The notes beneath the pieces are model-generated. The model had not been told where the DNA came from and ran no database searches. It saw only the letters and a list, made by a program, of their open reading frames with translations. Positions 16,077-18,821 of a DNA stretch of 18,821 bases are shown here, piece by piece. Source of the stretch: Candidatus Omnitrophota bacterium. GTDB taxonomy: Bacteria; Omnitrophota; Gorgyraeia; Gygaellales; Profunditerraquicolaceae. The stretch spans positions 1 to 18,821 of the forward strand of contig JBEKSD010000019.1 of the NCBI GenBank assembly GCA_049517335.1, written 5' to 3'. Position numbers and translations under genes: made by a program. Positions within the stretch are counted from its first letter, which is position 1. Every line of letters begins with the position of its first letter.

Positions 16077-17519
16077 CTATTTACCAAATATCTCTTTTAA
16101 AATTACATCGGCTATATTCTCGGCTAACAACTTATTACCTCTATCGGTACAATGGCCAAAATCACCGGCGAACATATCAGTAAAATATTCTTTGTATGTA
16201 GCGGCCCTTAATGCTTTCTTAAATATTTTCTCATTATCCACAAATATAACCCCTTCTTGCCACTCGAATATCTTCCTTAAAGATTCCTCATCGCGTAACG
16301 GATATTGTACGCAAACAAGTTTAATATTACTCTCATCTAATTTCTTTTTAATCTTCAGATAATTATTGCGTGTTATATCAACATACCCTCTGAACCTCAA
16401 GCGATTTGCCCTTTCATAATATTCACGAGAAAGTCCGTGTTTTCCCATTTCATTATATAACACAGATAGAGCACTGTATATTTTATCGTTATAAGGATCC
16501 CTCTCTATTGCTTTTTTGAATGATTCTTCGGCTTGAGAAAATAAATTATTGGCCTTGTAAAGCAATCCCAGCTCAAAATAAACCCGTCCGCTTTGAGGAT
16601 TTATTTCCGCGGCCTTCTTGAATGATGCTTCCGCACCGTAAAAATTATTTAGAAAGTCATAACACCATCCTAATTCAAGATATGCATAAAAATCTTCTGG
16701 TTTTATCTCTATCACTTTCTTGAATGATTCAACTGCTGCAATATTATTACCCAGGGCTTTATAACACCAGCCTAATCCAAAATATGCTTCATAGCTATAG
16801 GGCTTAACTTCTATCTCTTTATTAAACGATTCCACTGCTCGAGCTAAATCACCCTGGTCTCTATAAAACCGCCCTCTCTGCACATATGACCGATCAATCC
16901 GGGGTTTCATTTGTTCTGCCTTGCCATATGATTCTACAGTGCCAACGGATAACGCTGGATTCTTATCAGAATCTTTTATCGAATAATTAGCGGCAACTCG
17001 ACTGAGCTCCTGACATTTAGTCACTATATGCAATCCAAGAAGTCTTATCAATTTATAAGTTCTAAAGTTTACGAGTAAACGATCAATACCTGAATTAGGC
17101 ATATTTTTATAAGCCATATGAACGCCGTTGTCGTTTATGCCAATCATTGCAACTACAATATCAGGATGATATTGACCAATATTAGATTGAAGGTTGTTGA
17201 GTATAACAGAAGAATTGGTTCCGATTAATCCCTTATCAATGACGCTGAATTTTATTCCTATATTACGTTGATTCAATATTTCCTCAAGAAAATGTGGGTA
17301 TTGACCTGCCGTAGTTGACTCACCCAAACACATAATACGGCAGGCGCCTTTTTGTTTTATAGATTGCTGATTTCTGTAATCTTGCAAAGACAGCAATACA
17401 AATCCGCCTAAGCGTAATCCTATCTCAAGAATAGTCAGAGTCAGAAATAATCCAAATAACATAAGGACGACTTTCTGCCATAATGGTGTTTTACTTCGGT
17501 CTTGATTATCTTTATTCAT
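16077..17519 (-). CDS. Membrane-anchored SGNH/GDSL-like hydrolase with inserted TPR repeats
   Basis: TM with LEIGLR, block I CLGESTT, block III GIND, about 5 TPRs, block V DFGH; ATG at 17519 preferred over TTG at 17525. Confidence 0.8.
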   Translation of the reverse strand: MNKDNQDRSKTPLWQKVVLMLFGLFLTLTILEIGLRLGGFVLLSLQDYRNQQSIKQKGACRIMCLGESTTAGQYPHFLEEILNQRNIGIKFSVIDKGLIGTNSSVILNNLQSNIGQYHPDIVVAMIGINDNGVHMAYKNMPNSGIDRLLVNFRTYKLIRLLGLHIVTKCQELSRVAANYSIKDSDKNPALSVGTVESYGKAEQMKPRIDRSYVQRGRFYRDQGDLARAVESFNKEIEVKPYSYEAYFGLGWCYKALGNNIAAVESFKKVIEIKPEDFYAYLELGWCYDFLNNFYGAEASFKKAAEINPQSGRVYFELGLLYKANNLFSQAEESFKKAIERDPYNDKIYSALSVLYNEMGKHGLSREYYERANRLRFRGYVDITRNNYLKIKKKLDESNIKLVCVQYPLRDEESLRKIFEWQEGVIFVDNEKIFKKALRAATYKEYFTDMFAGDFGHCTDRGNKLLAENIADVILKEIFGK

Positions 17520-17997
17520 ACACAATCGTTTGTAAATGTATCCATCTATAATATATCTTTATCCATCCTGTTTTATATCTTCTTGCTTCTTGTACCCATC
17601 CTTTTCTCCAAAATATACTATAAGCGGTATCTTAAGTCTATATATTTCTGTATATCCAAGATTATGAACCCCTGCCTATTCATAAAGTGGCATACCATAG
17701 TTAAACACCAGCTAATTGTTCAAAACTAATTTTTATTGTAGGGAAATACGGCGAATTACTATTTAGATTTCCAAAGTGAGCCGCACTATCGGCGATTTGG
17801 CGAGAGAGGAAATTACCCTAACCCAACACGTTCCAGAGGTGGCTTATTAGATAAATTTTTTCAGCCGGATTCTTCTGTTCAATGCTTTTGTTCAATTTTC
17901 ATATGGCCGCCTCTTTTTTTGAAAATGCCACTTCTATCTTAAAATGGTCAATAATTTAACTAACGAATATGGCTTAAAACAAGAACTTAGATTTGCA

Positions 17998-18821
17998 TTA
18001 TTTTCTATGAGGCTTGAGGGCATCTAGGAATTTAGGATCAACCTGATTTCCTAGTTTGAGCACTTTATCACAATGGTATATTGCCAAATCATATTTTTTT
18101 TGATAAAAATATGCCTTGGCTAGATTAAAATGTGCTATTGCAAAATCAGGATTAATTTCTATTATTCTGTTCCATACCTCTATAGCTTTATCGGTCTGGC
18201 CTTTTTCAGCATATATTGAAGCTAAGTTGTTATATGCCTCTACATATGTCGAATCAATTTCTGTAGCCTTCCAATACCACTTTAAAGATTCTTCTTTATT
18301 TCCGGCATGGTCATATATTGCGCCCAAAGCATAGTATGCGCCTGGGTTATTCGGCTCTTTCTCGATAGCCATTTTAAATAAAGCTACGGCTTTATCTTTC
18401 TCCCCTAAAGAATAATATATGGTGCCGAGATTAAAATAAGGATCCGCATAATAAGGATTGAGCTCTATTGCTTTTTTTAAGGTTGCTATCGCATCTTCTT
18501 TTTTACCGAGTGCATCTTGCACATTAGCAAGATTTACAATTGCATGTAATAAATCAGTATGGAAGTAGGCTTGATTTTTAAAAATATGTTTATCGGCATA
18601 ACCAATTTTTATCCCTTGGATGAAATCATCATAGGCCTTCTCATACTGACCTTTCTTAAAAAACATTGTGCCTCTAGAATTATAAGCGGTTACGCTGGGA
18701 TAATTCTTCAAAGCATCGCTCCATAGAGTAATACCGTCCTTCCACACCTTGCATCTGTTGTAGGTTAAGATTGATAGGCTTAGGATGATAAAGATTATCA
18801 ATGCTATAAGCAAGGATTTAG
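17998..18821 (-). CDS. TPR-repeat protein, C-terminal part of a TMTC-like membrane protein (partial)
   Basis: TM followed by TYNRCKVWKDGITLWSDALK and multiple TPRs; the frame is open to the window edge. Confidence 0.8.
   Translation of the reverse strand, partial: KSLLIALIIFIILSLSILTYNRCKVWKDGITLWSDALKNYPSVTAYNSRGTMFFKKGQYEKAYDDFIQGIKIGYADKHIFKNQAYFHTDLLHAIVNLANVQDALGKKEDAIATLKKAIELNPYYADPYFNLGTIYYSLGEKDKAVALFKMAIEKEPNNPGAYYALGAIYDHAGNKEESLKWYWKATEIDSTYVEAYNNLASIYAEKGQTDKAIEVWNRIIEINPDFAIAHFNLAKAYFYQKKYDLAIYHCDKVLKLGNQVDPKFLDALKPHRK

Noticed and set aside
17520-17997. Long intergenic region, including the 75-aa + strand ORF, an SD-preceded MKIEQKH* at 17902, and a possible ncRNA or riboswitch
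   Set aside because: No recognisable protein or RNA motif; an Rfam or BLASTx search would be needed
1-18821. CRISPR array, tRNA/rRNA, transposase or integrase
   Set aside because: No regularly spaced repeats, RNA gene signatures or recombinase motifs were seen

Overview
Bacterial window, probably from an anaerobe. The SGNH-TPR and TMTC-like TPR genes suggest Ca. Omnitrophota/PVC, which is inference only. (1) 115-9568 (-): a tightly packed 12-gene type II (aromatic) polyketide synthase operon. It encodes a DUF2621/PCP_red-like protein, a PanE-like reductase, a tandem two-domain 3-Cys TIGR04076-like protein, KS-alpha, a chain-length factor, a B12-binding BchE-like radical SAM enzyme, ACP, an OxyN-like cyclase, a TcmN-like aromatase, an SDR, an unknown protein and an amidohydrolase. 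It has no oxygenase. Its near-consensus sigma70 promoter has a perfect 24-bp palindrome over the predicted start site, a candidate operator for the adjacent PadR. (2) 9707-13071 (-): a probably leaderless operon of coiled-coil protein, divergent PAP2, LysM L,D-transpeptidase, accA and padR. (3) 13164-16073: a comM/yifB gene split into a 5' stub (missed by the ORF track) and a 3' piece. About 300 codons are lost and replaced by a decaying 2.3-kb insert carrying a response regulator, a 5'-frameshifted histidine kinase and a DNA methyltransferase pseudogene. (4) 16077-18821 (-): AT-richer SGNH-TPR and partial TMTC-like TPR genes. All family assignments come from motif recognition, not database searches.
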